Assembly: GCA_964418775.1 (NCBI GenBank)
Contig: CAYQNA010000002.1
Coordinates: 22,181 to 86,180, forward strand
DNA: 64,000 nt
Direction of reading: 5' to 3'
Source of the DNA: an uncultured Gammaproteobacteria bacterium
Lineage (GTDB): Bacteria; Patescibacteriota; Patescibacteriia; Magasanikbacterales; UBA922
Position 1 is the first letter of the stretch; every line of letters starts with the position of its first letter. Of this stretch, positions 39,537-47,913 are shown piece by piece. The translations under genes and the position numbers were made by a program. The notes below the pieces were generated by a model, which did not search any database, had not been told where the DNA came from, and worked only from the letters and a program-made list of their open reading frames with translations.

Positions 39537-42500
39537 TTAGATGGCCAAAGACAAACTTGGACCGTTAACAGGGTAAGAATCTGAAGCTGAGTAAGCGGTT
39601 GTGTTGATAGAACCGTTTACTGGTGTGTAGAAATATTGAATCACACCGTCAGCCCAGTTTGCTTCGTGTGTGGCGTTGCCAGACACGTAACCACGAGAAC
39701 CAGCCAAAGACGCAGATACTGTAACAGTACTTGGGTACGAAGTTCTACCGGCTGCAATATTATTAGTATTAGCAGTCAATACAAATGTACGAGAAGCACC
39801 TGGAGCGATCTGGATGTCTTCGAACAAGCTCTGGCTATCGGAATCTACACCGAACACGAGGTTCAAGGAACTTGTAACCGAGTTGGCACAAGCACCAGTA
39901 GCATCCGAAGCAGTAGCACCAATACCACCAGCGATACAAGCTGAACCAGTAACACCACCCGAAGAGTTTGTGTTATTAGCCAAACTACTTGTAGCAAGGG
40001 TCTGACTGTTGAAGCCAGCACCTTCAGCGTCGTGTAATTCGAAGCCGTAGATAGTACCAGTACCACTTGTTGCACCACTAGCCAACAAGCCACTTACCTG
40101 CACGTTGATCGTGGTTGTACTCATCTTCATTGGGCGATCACCTTGGTTAGTAACGGTGAAGCGGAAGATCTGAGACTGTGTTAGTTTGGACAAGGCAGTG
40201 CCATTGGCCAAAGTTTCACTTACGATCTTTGGAGCAGCGTTGTGGAACAAATAGAATGTAGTTGTAGCGTGTGTAGCGTTGTATGTCTGACCACTTGCAC
40301 CAAAGTCAAGCATTGTATTCTCTACAGTACCACCCGACGAGCGTAACATCTCGAAGTTAGTTGTAGATGTAGGAGCAATGAAGAAAGCAGAGGTAGTAGC
40401 AGGAGACATTACGCCCGAACCAGTAATTTGACCCATGAGGACCAAATACTTAGTTGTGTTAGCCTTGATGGTCAACATGTTGCTCTTTTCAAAGCGAACG
40501 TTACCACTGGCGTATGGCGATTCGTCAAGCGAAGCACTCATGGCATCGGCATCGTACAAAGACAATGTACCGAATTCAGAAGCCTCAGTCTTAGTTGAAC
40601 CATCTGGACGAGATACGAGGAACGTAATCTTGTTCAAGGTAACATCTTCGTTCTGAGCTTCAACCTTCCACTTACCAAGTTGTACTGGAGCAGTAGAAGG
40701 AGTGTAGAGCTTCGAAACTGTAGTGGTGTCGTTAATAGCCGAGATAATAACGTTAGCAGCGCCAACTGTCATTGTCTGACCAAGAACTGGATCACCAGTC
40801 TGTGGATTATTGGTTGAGAGACCAATGTATGTGAATGAGGAAAGACCCCAAACATACGAGCCGCTCGATACAGCAGAGCTGACATCACCAACAATCTGCA
40901 CAACCTTCAAAGCATTGGCTGGAACACTACCAACTGTAGTGTTGTCAATTGAGAAGGCGTTCGAAGAAGTTGCAGGAGCACTGATAGTAGCACCAACCTG
41001 TGTCAAAGACGCAGTCGATGTACCCATCATGAGCTTAAGATTCTTCACACCGCCGTTTACGATGAGTGCGTCACCAGTGCTGCTGACCGAAACGTTGGTC
41101 AAGCGAACACCTTCGGCACTACCGGCCTGAACTACGAACTGAGCCAATACAACGCCAGTACGACCGGCCGAAACAGTACCACTACCCACTGAAGTATCTT
41201 TCGATACAGTCAAGTTGGAAGCCTGTACAGTTACCGTGTTGCCCGAAGTACCTACGTTAGAACTACTTGGCAAGTTTTCAGCGTATGTCTGACTAGAAAC
41301 ACGACGAGCATAGAAGTTACCTACACTTACGAGGTAACCAGTCGATGTTGCGTTCGAGTTGATGTCACCGCGGACATACAATTTCTTAGTCTGACCAGAT
41401 GGGATTGTCCAGTACTGGGACAAGTTGCGCTGACTACCACCGGCGTAGAGAGCATCAGAAGCCGAGCTGGCAGCAAACTGAGCGAGAGTATCGCCATTGT
41501 CAGCTACCAAGCGGAGGTTACCAGTCAAGGCCATTGTAGGACCAGAAGTGGTAATACCAACGCCGATCTTCTGAATTTCGAGATCTTCACCAACAGCAGT
41601 TACGTCAAACGAAGCCAACTCTACATCAGTAGAACCAGCCGATACGTTGCCGCTCTTGGAAGCCTGGCTCTTAGAGAGAGTCAAGGAACCTTCGCGAACT
41701 TTGAAGTAACCGTCAGCAGCGCCAGTAGCTACGAAACTACTTGGCAATAACTGATAGTGCAAAGCATTGTCTTCTACCATTACGTCAAAATCATTCTGGA
41801 TCTTGGCGCGGAGGTAGTTGCCCGAACCATCCGACACCTTAGCGCGGAGAGTTACGATGCGGTTCTGACTCATTGGAACGATGTATGGACTGGTGAACTT
41901 TACAGTTACGTAACGATTACCAGCGTATTCGGTCTTACCGAGCACAGTGTTGTCCTGGCCCAAAACTTCAAAGTTAGTGAAGTCTTTGTCACGAGCATTG
42001 CCTTCCAAGAAGAAGACGATACCGTTAACAGCCAAGTTGTTGCGGCCCGAAGTTTCCGCAAAGCGGAACTTACCGATTTCCTTAACATCACCAACCGATA
42101 CGTTAGCAGCGTCGCCAGAAGCGGAGTTACCACCTACAGCTGTCGAAGTAACAGTAAAGGAGGACAATGAGTTGCCACCGTCAACAACACTCATGATGTT
42201 ACCAGCAACTGGGAAGGAACCTTCCACAGACGAGGCATCAGTCATGATGTGAGCTTTGTCAGCAATCGAAGCACCAACCGAGCCGGAGCCGGCGTCGCTC
42301 GAAAGATTGAAAGCAACAGTAACAACTTCTGTGGAACCAGCAGCTACCAAGATTGGATCGCTACCAAAACCAACAGTAACCTGGTTACTGGAGTTGAAGG
42401 AAGTCATTACGTTACCTTTGCGGTAACCGGCAGAATTCCAAACACTTACACCAGTAACGTAGGTGTTGTTGATAAGACCATTACGAGTAATAGTCAAACC

Positions 42501-43397
42501 AGTCACCTTAACATCCTTGCTGGCAGCGCGGAGACTAACTTTCAACATTTTGTTGAAAGCAGTACCATCGGCCAAACCACCGGCTGGCTGTACTGGCGTG
42601 TCAGCCGAGAGGCTAACCGACAATGCGCCACCAGTTGCTGGAGTAGTAACTGTAGAACCAGAGCGCTGTGAAGGGTTAGCCGACACAGTAGCTGGAGTTA
42701 CAGTAGTACTATCCATTGAAACAGCCGAGAAGGTAGCCTCGGATACAGTGCGAACATCCTTCGAGAGGTGTGCTGGCAAAGTACCGTCAACTTTCTTCAA
42801 CATGCCATTCCAGACATAGTACACAGTGGCGTCGTTGGCTTTCTTTACCAACTGACCATCGTGCAACTTTGTCAATTCACCACTAGCCGATGAAAGGTTG
42901 GCAAACCACTGGTCAGACCAGTCGGATACCATCTTTTCCCAACCAGCACCATAGGTAGCAGTAAGAACGCTGCCGTCAGTTACCTTTACCTTCATGTTGC
43001 CTGGAGCCACGGCCCAGATTGTTGGGCTAAGTGGAGTCTTGAGAAGACGAGAACCTGGGCGGAAGTTTACACCACCGGCCAAATCATAAGCGTCCAAACA
43101 AGAAGATGGGATTTCTTTAACCTGTACGTTAGCAAAGCTACCGTACCAGCTTTCGAAAACCAACGATGTTGGGAAGTACAAGCGCTTCATGTCGCTTGTC
43201 AACAAGTACACAGCAGTTGTTGCTGGGTTGCTCTTTATTGTTGGAACCTTGAAAAGGTCACCAGCAACGAGCTCAGGGCAGGAAGCTGCAGCCACGCCAG
43301 CTGGAACAAAGGCCGAAAGACCTACGCTCCAGACCATGGTCATACCGACCACAGACATGGTGAAAAGCTTCTTGCCGAACTTTTTAAATTCGTGCAT
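39537..43397 (-). CDS. Giant secreted surface protein (S-layer-like), 1286 aa, Thr/Ser/Gly/Asn/Val-rich beta-repeat architecture
   Basis: Signal peptide MHEFKKFGKK...VPAGVAAA|S; no Cys after the N-terminus; strong codon bias (ggt/gct/gtt/aag/cca); monocistronic with its own terminator. Confidence 0.6.
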   Translation of the reverse strand: MHEFKKFGKKLFTMSVVGMTMVWSVGLSAFVPAGVAAASCPELVAGDLFKVPTIKSNPATTAVYLLTSDMKRLYFPTSLVFESWYGSFANVQVKEIPSSCLDAYDLAGGVNFRPGSRLLKTPLSPTIWAVAPGNMKVKVTDGSVLTATYGAGWEKMVSDWSDQWFANLSSASGELTKLHDGQLVKKANDATVYYVWNGMLKKVDGTLPAHLSKDVRTVSEATFSAVSMDSTTVTPATVSANPSQRSGSTVTTPATGGALSVSLSADTPVQPAGGLADGTAFNKMLKVSLRAASKDVKVTGLTITRNGLINNTYVTGVSVWNSAGYRKGNVMTSFNSSNQVTVGFGSDPILVAAGSTEVVTVAFNLSSDAGSGSVGASIADKAHIMTDASSVEGSFPVAGNIMSVVDGGNSLSSFTVTSTAVGGNSASGDAANVSVGDVKEIGKFRFAETSGRNNLAVNGIVFFLEGNARDKDFTNFEVLGQDNTVLGKTEYAGNRYVTVKFTSPYIVPMSQNRIVTLRAKVSDGSGNYLRAKIQNDFDVMVEDNALHYQLLPSSFVATGAADGYFKVREGSLTLSKSQASKSGNVSAGSTDVELASFDVTAVGEDLEIQKIGVGITTSGPTMALTGNLRLVADNGDTLAQFAASSASDALYAGGSQRNLSQYWTIPSGQTKKLYVRGDINSNATSTGYLVSVGNFYARRVSSQTYAENLPSSSNVGTSGNTVTVQASNLTVSKDTSVGSGTVSAGRTGVVLAQFVVQAGSAEGVRLTNVSVSSTGDALIVNGGVKNLKLMMGTSTASLTQVGATISAPATSSNAFSIDNTTVGSVPANALKVVQIVGDVSSAVSSGSYVWGLSSFTYIGLSTNNPQTGDPVLGQTMTVGAANVIISAINDTTTVSKLYTPSTAPVQLGKWKVEAQNEDVTLNKITFLVSRPDGSTKTEASEFGTLSLYDADAMSASLDESPYASGNVRFEKSNMLTIKANTTKYLVLMGQITGSGVMSPATTSAFFIAPTSTTNFEMLRSSGGTVENTMLDFGASGQTYNATHATTTFYLFHNAAPKIVSETLANGTALSKLTQSQIFRFTVTNQGDRPMKMSTTTINVQVSGLLASGATSGTGTIYGFELHDAEGAGFNSQTLATSSLANNTNSSGGVTGSACIAGGIGATASDATGACANSVTSSLNLVFGVDSDSQSLFEDIQIAPGASRTFVLTANTNNIAAGRTSYPSTVTVSASLAGSRGYVSGNATHEANWADGVIQYFYTPVNGSINTTAYSASDSYPVNGPSLSLAI

Positions 43398-43409
43398 AAA
43401 TAATGTTCT

Positions 43410-43443
43410 TGACTGAGAAAAATGATTTTCTCAAGTCAGGTTA
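43410..43443 (-). promoter_or_regulatory. Stable hairpin in the 5' UTR about 13 nt upstream of the surface-protein start codon
   Basis: cttgactgagaaaa-atga-ttttctcaagtcag, 12-13 bp stem. Confidence 0.45.
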
Positions 43444-43531
43444 TTTAAGGACTGCTTGGCTACCGGGGATTCCGGCATCGACCTTGAGGCTAGCAGTTTC
43501 CCTGATTACTCAGGGGCACCATATACCGTAT

Positions 43532-43570
43532 GGCTATCAACCCTGTACCAAGTACAGAACTGATAGCCGC
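43532..43570. promoter_or_regulatory. Nested palindrome: candidate operator or activator site upstream of the surface-protein gene
   Basis: GGCTATCA-acc-CTGTAC-caa-GTACAG-aac-TGATAGCC, outer 8-bp and inner 6-bp inverted repeats. Confidence 0.4.
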
Positions 43571-43576
43571 ACGGTA

Positions 43577-44827
43577 TTATTTTTTTGTGGAGGTTGACGC
43601 AGTCACAGTTGAGCTGGCACTAACCACAATTGGTAGATTTTTGGTTTCAACCAGAATTTGTTGTGTCTCACCCGCGGTTTGATTCAAATCCTTGAGCTTG
43701 CTTACAGCTTCGCGCAAATGGCCACCGTCAATTGTTTTTTGAATATCACCAACCGAAGCTTGCAAGGCTACAGTCTTTTGCTCGACCGCTTGAATAACAC
43801 TCGCCGGTACTATAGTAGCCGCAGCACCAGACGAAACTGTTACAGTTGTGCTTGCACTCGCTGTAGTGGTGCTAACGCCCATAGTAGATGTAGCTGGAGT
43901 TGAACTTGCAATACGGATTTCAACCAACTCAGTGGTAGAAGTAGCTTGCTGTTTGATGTTCTTAACTGCCTGTTCCAAACCAGATGTTGTTTCCGCCAAT
44001 TGGAATAACTTAGTATTTACCAAAATCGCTACAGTGGCACTGTTTGGAGACTCAGGTGAAGTTTTTTCTTGTGCTGTTACCACAGCCTCTACAGTTGTCA
44101 GAGTACTTGCATTCACTGATTTAACAGTATCAACTACGGTTTTAGTTAACTCAGTATCAACACTATTGGCAGCTGGCACAGTTTCCTGCAAACTCTTTAC
44201 AATTTCCGTGGCATTTTTATTTACATCAGTTACAATGGCAATCGCCGCTGGTAATTCGGCCTTAGAAACAGCTTGAACCTGAGTGTTTACAGCCTCACTT
44301 GCAGTTTTAACTGCTTCGGCTACATCTTTGGCCGCGACGTTCAAATCATTAACCGCTTTGGTGCGCACCGCACTGTCGTCCGACGTGGTACGCTCAGCCA
44401 CCGCACGCTTAATATCTTCGGTACGATTCTTAGCCAAACTCAAATGCAATTGTGCTTTTTCACTATCAGACGCAACCAGGCTCTTTACCGCGACTTCGGT
44501 ATTTTGAGCCGCGCGCTTTACAGACCACAAACGGTCTCCAGGCAAACTATTAAACGAGGCGCTCACACTGGCAATCCAACCACCAGTGGTCAAAACTGCC
44601 ACCAATAAACCAGCCAAAACCGGCTTAGCCAAACGCCAGGCACCAGCATTGCCAAAAATATATTTAACTTCTTCAGTGCGCGCAGACCAGGCTACTTTCT
44701 CGGGTACAACAACTGTGTTACCAATCTGGCTCATCAAACGTGCACGATTTTTTTGTGCCCATGCCAAATCAGGCTGAATGGTTTCAGCCTTTTGTAATTC
44801 GCGTAATTTGGCACGCATGGTTTGCAT
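43577..44827 (-). CDS. Anti-sigma factor-like membrane protein (single TM, coiled-coil Ala/Thr/Val-rich extracytoplasmic domain, DUF5667-like)
   Basis: N-terminal cytoplasmic region, TM LAGLLVAVLTTGGWIA, long repetitive extracellular part; start 2 nt after the ECF sigma stop. Confidence 0.55.
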   Translation of the reverse strand: MQTMRAKLRELQKAETIQPDLAWAQKNRARLMSQIGNTVVVPEKVAWSARTEEVKYIFGNAGAWRLAKPVLAGLLVAVLTTGGWIASVSASFNSLPGDRLWSVKRAAQNTEVAVKSLVASDSEKAQLHLSLAKNRTEDIKRAVAERTTSDDSAVRTKAVNDLNVAAKDVAEAVKTASEAVNTQVQAVSKAELPAAIAIVTDVNKNATEIVKSLQETVPAANSVDTELTKTVVDTVKSVNASTLTTVEAVVTAQEKTSPESPNSATVAILVNTKLFQLAETTSGLEQAVKNIKQQATSTTELVEIRIASSTPATSTMGVSTTTASASTTVTVSSGAAATIVPASVIQAVEQKTVALQASVGDIQKTIDGGHLREAVSKLKDLNQTAGETQQILVETKNLPIVVSASSTVTASTSTKK

Positions 44828-44829
44828 AA

Positions 44830-45396
44830 TTACGAATTCTTTTTTTCAAGTTCATCCAGACGTTCTTTGGCGAGTTTAAGCGCCCGGTGCAGTGTAACCC
44901 GCACGTTGGTCTGGGTTTTTTCTAAAATTTGAGCAATTTCACCGACTGACAAGTCATCCACGTAGCGAAGCAGCAAAATTTCTTGATACTCACGCTTAAG
45001 TTGACTAATAACCCGCAGAATCGGCTGGGCATCGGCCCGGCTCTCGGCGGCAGCAAATTGTTTATCTACTGCGCCGATATTTTCCGCACTTTCCAGTGGC
45101 AGATTAGTATTATGCGCCTTGGCTCGATAAAAATCGACCAAACAATTGCGCGCAATCCTATACACCAGCCCGCTAAAGCTTTGGACTTCGTCAGGTTTGT
45201 GCTCCACAAGGTAATGCCACGTTTTAAGGAACACTGTGCTCGTAATATCCTCAGCTTCTTCCTTGTTGCCCACCTTAAAGTAGACAAAGCGGTAGATTTT
45301 CGCCAAGTACAGGTCATACAAAGCCCCAAAAGCCTGGGGGTCGCGACGGGTAATGACCTGATAGACCAGTTTTTTTTCACTAAAAAGATGTCGCAT
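44830..45396 (-). CDS. RNA polymerase ECF-type sigma-70 family factor
   Basis: Region 2 (FLKTWHYL, LVYRIARN) and region 4 (LSVGEIAQILEKTQTNVRVTLHRAL) motifs; 188 aa. Confidence 0.8.
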   Translation of the reverse strand: MRHLFSEKKLVYQVITRRDPQAFGALYDLYLAKIYRFVYFKVGNKEEAEDITSTVFLKTWHYLVEHKPDEVQSFSGLVYRIARNCLVDFYRAKAHNTNLPLESAENIGAVDKQFAAAESRADAQPILRVISQLKREYQEILLLRYVDDLSVGEIAQILEKTQTNVRVTLHRALKLAKERLDELEKKNS

Positions 45397-45449
45397 AGTA
45401 GAAGACGGCGTTCAGGCGAAAGTGTTACACCTGGGCCATCAGACGTCAA

Positions 45450-45478
45450 AAGTAGGGCCACTATAGCAGAGTAGAGCC
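45450..45478 (-). promoter_or_regulatory. Candidate sigma70 promoter (TTGCTT-17-TATAGT) for the ECF sigma operon
   Basis: Minus-strand reading TTGCTTttttggctctactctgcTATAGT. Confidence 0.35.
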
Positions 45479-45497
45479 AAAAAAGCAAGTAAATCGC

Positions 45498-45526
45498 TTG
45501 ACTTTTTGGCAAATTTAGGGTATATT
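45498..45526 (+). promoter_or_regulatory. Candidate sigma70 promoter (TTGACT-17-TATATT) for the HTH gene
   Basis: TTGACT 45498-45503, 17-nt spacer, TATATT 45521-45526; the track's TTG 'start' at 45506 lies inside it. Confidence 0.4.
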
Positions 45527-45541
45527 TGTATATACTTGTGT

Positions 45542-45874
45542 ATGGAAAGCACTCCAAATAATCAAAACCAAGAGCTAGAAACCAGTCACAAAGAGGTCAT
45601 CCGGGTCTCGATTTCCGAGGCTGCCCGCCTCTTTGGGGTCAACCCTCAAACCATCCGTCGAGCCATTACTAACCAGGAAATCGCCTACGTTGTTGTGGCT
45701 GGGCGGTACAAATTGAACTTCGAGAGCCTAGTTAAGTGGTCCCAACGCAAAACCACGGTCCGCAACAAATCCAACCAAAAAGGCATTGGCCAGTACGTGG
45801 GCCAGTGGCGGATCTCCAATACCCTGTATTCCCCTAGCCCCAAACTAGTCAAAAAGGAAGACGAGGGTGTATAA
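45542..45874 (+). CDS. Small helix-turn-helix DNA-binding protein (excisionase/MerR-like HTH)
   Basis: ISEAARLFGVNPQTIRRAITNQEIAYVVV; ATG at 45542 chosen over the TTG at 45506. Confidence 0.6.
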   Translation: MESTPNNQNQELETSHKEVIRVSISEAARLFGVNPQTIRRAITNQEIAYVVVAGRYKLNFESLVKWSQRKTTVRNKSNQKGIGQYVGQWRISNTLYSPSPKLVKKEDEGV

Positions 45875-47732
45875 TGGCTTCATGAGATACGTGGCCAAAC
45901 ACCTCACGCGACACCATTTATTCCACGCCCCGCACCGGTGGTTTTTTGCGCTTCTGCTCTCCCCTATTCACGCGGCCGAGCTGCATTACCAAAAACGCTA
46001 CCACTTACAGTTTGCGCATGCACGCAAACTTTTTTTATTTGACTTAAGTTTAATTGCGCTCATTGTCGGGCTCGCAGGCTTGACTGCGTATTGGTTCTGG
46101 TATGACCCAACAATCACCGAACAAATTGCATTAAATGTGCGCGCCAACACTGAAACCAACAGTGACGAAGCCGGTCGTATCCGCAGTGGTGAAAGAATTA
46201 CGTTTGCCATCAATTATCAAAACAACAGTGACCAAGAATTAAACGCCACTGAGTTGCGTGTGCGTTTACCCCAGCATTTTATTATACAAAACACCGCTGG
46301 CGCAAATTTCAACACGAGCACACAAACATTTTTCATTGGCCGTGTGTTGCGTAACACCAATAACACCGTGTACGCCACTGGTATATTTTACGGCACGCCA
46401 AGCACAGACGAACACGTGATTGCCGAGTTGCACTACACCCCAAGTTTACGTGCACAAACCGAAAGCAAGTTAGCCGCGCTCATTACCAATTTGCGCGACT
46501 CTGTGTTACAAACAAGCGTTGAATTACCGGCACGTTTACCGGCACGCAGCAACACCAAAACTGTTTTAACATTGTATAATTCACACAGTTTTGATTTGCC
46601 GGAAATTTTTGTGCCATTTGCGACTGGTTCAATTTCAGTCTCAGGCGCCCGCAGCGCATTTGGCACAATTACAGCCGATGGTTGGCGCTTACCAGGACTT
46701 AAACCAAATGAAAAAGCCTATCTTGACCTAAGCATAAACACCAATATTTCCGGGCCAATGAGCACTGCCTCGCTGCGTGTAACGCCATACATTTTCCCCA
46801 ATGGCGTAAGTATTGCACAGCAAACTTTGGAAAAAAATTGGACTGTAGCGCGCCCCGAAATTAGTGTGAATAGTAGCTGGGAAAATAAAACTGCAGCTGC
46901 GGGTAGTAGTCAAAAATTAACTGTGACGCTCCGCAATTTTGGAACTGAATTAATTCAAAATCTAGCACTCACAATTCCACTTGGGGCGAATGTTGACGCA
47001 ACGCGTTGGAGTGCGGCAAACAACGGACGCGTCGCCAATGGCGCAGCTACAATTACACGTGCGCACGATGCGCGTTTAAATGAACTTCAACCAGGCCAAG
47101 AAATTGTTTTTAATTTTTCTGTGCCAATTAAAAATTTCCCAATTGGTGCAGCCAATGCAAAAGTTTCACTACCACTTCGTTTGCACGCGCAGATTGCGGG
47201 CATCACAAGTGAATTTGACAATGAGACAGCTACACCTGAATTATCACTCGGCACTGCACTTCGTGTGTCTGGTGAAGCGCGATATTACACGGCCGAGGGT
47301 GATCAATTAGGTCGCGGACCACTACCGCCCCAGGTTGGTAAACAAACCAAATACGCCGTACTACTACACGTGGTTAACTCCGTTGCCGATGCAGAAAATG
47401 TACGCTTAACCGCAACACTACCAAACGGAATCGAGTGGACAGGAAAAACCAGCGTGAGCCGCGGGCAAGAAATTTCGTATGATGCAGTCACGCGACGTTT
47501 GAGTTGGAGTACGCGCACATTCCCGGCATTATCAGAATTAAGCGTGTTTGTGGAAGTTGGTTTTACACCAACCGAATCACAGCGGGGACAAACCGTACCA
47601 TTACTGCAAAACATTATTGTCGAGGGAACCGATGCCACCCTGGGTGACGCATTGCGTGCTAGTGCGGCCACACTTACGAGTGCACTCAACGCCGATACCC
47701 TTGCCCAATCCGCTAGTACCGCGGTGCGTTAA
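45867..47732 (+). CDS. Membrane-anchored protein with repeated DUF11/CARDB-like beta domains; function unknown
   Basis: One N-terminal TM, then about 4 repeats of about 110 aa (NxSD...L.N..L...LP pattern); GTG start overlapping the HTH gene by 8 nt (an alternative ATG lies at 45882). Confidence 0.5.
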   Translation: MYNGFMRYVAKHLTRHHLFHAPHRWFFALLLSPIHAAELHYQKRYHLQFAHARKLFLFDLSLIALIVGLAGLTAYWFWYDPTITEQIALNVRANTETNSDEAGRIRSGERITFAINYQNNSDQELNATELRVRLPQHFIIQNTAGANFNTSTQTFFIGRVLRNTNNTVYATGIFYGTPSTDEHVIAELHYTPSLRAQTESKLAALITNLRDSVLQTSVELPARLPARSNTKTVLTLYNSHSFDLPEIFVPFATGSISVSGARSAFGTITADGWRLPGLKPNEKAYLDLSINTNISGPMSTASLRVTPYIFPNGVSIAQQTLEKNWTVARPEISVNSSWENKTAAAGSSQKLTVTLRNFGTELIQNLALTIPLGANVDATRWSAANNGRVANGAATITRAHDARLNELQPGQEIVFNFSVPIKNFPIGAANAKVSLPLRLHAQIAGITSEFDNETATPELSLGTALRVSGEARYYTAEGDQLGRGPLPPQVGKQTKYAVLLHVVNSVADAENVRLTATLPNGIEWTGKTSVSRGQEISYDAVTRRLSWSTRTFPALSELSVFVEVGFTPTESQRGQTVPLLQNIIVEGTDATLGDALRASAATLTSALNADTLAQSASTAVR

Positions 47733-47734
47733 TA

Positions 47735-47763
47735 TTGACAAGAATAACAAACTCGGCGATACT
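47735..47763 (+). promoter_or_regulatory. Candidate sigma70 promoter (TTGACA-17-GATACT) for the Cys-rich lipoprotein gene
   Basis: TTGACA 47735-47740; 17-nt spacer; GATACT 47758-47763; a 10-bp inverted repeat (acttcagctt/aagctgaagt, 47806-47853) follows in the leader. Confidence 0.4.
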
Positions 47764-47913
47764 CAGGCTTCGCTCTTTTACAATCCAGAGGTTTGGGAAT
47801 TTTTAGCTAAACTTCAGCTTGGCGTTGTGTGTCACATTACCCTAAGCTGAAGTTGAGTTAAATTTCCCAAAAAGGTAAACCCAAAAAGTCCGCGCAGGAC
47901 GCCAAGGCGAGAA

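Noticed and set aside
43403-43597. 64-aa plus-strand ORF in the surface-protein upstream region
   Set aside because: It overlaps the structured 5' UTR and promoter region of the minus-strand surface-protein gene and has no RBS or motif, so it is treated as non-coding.
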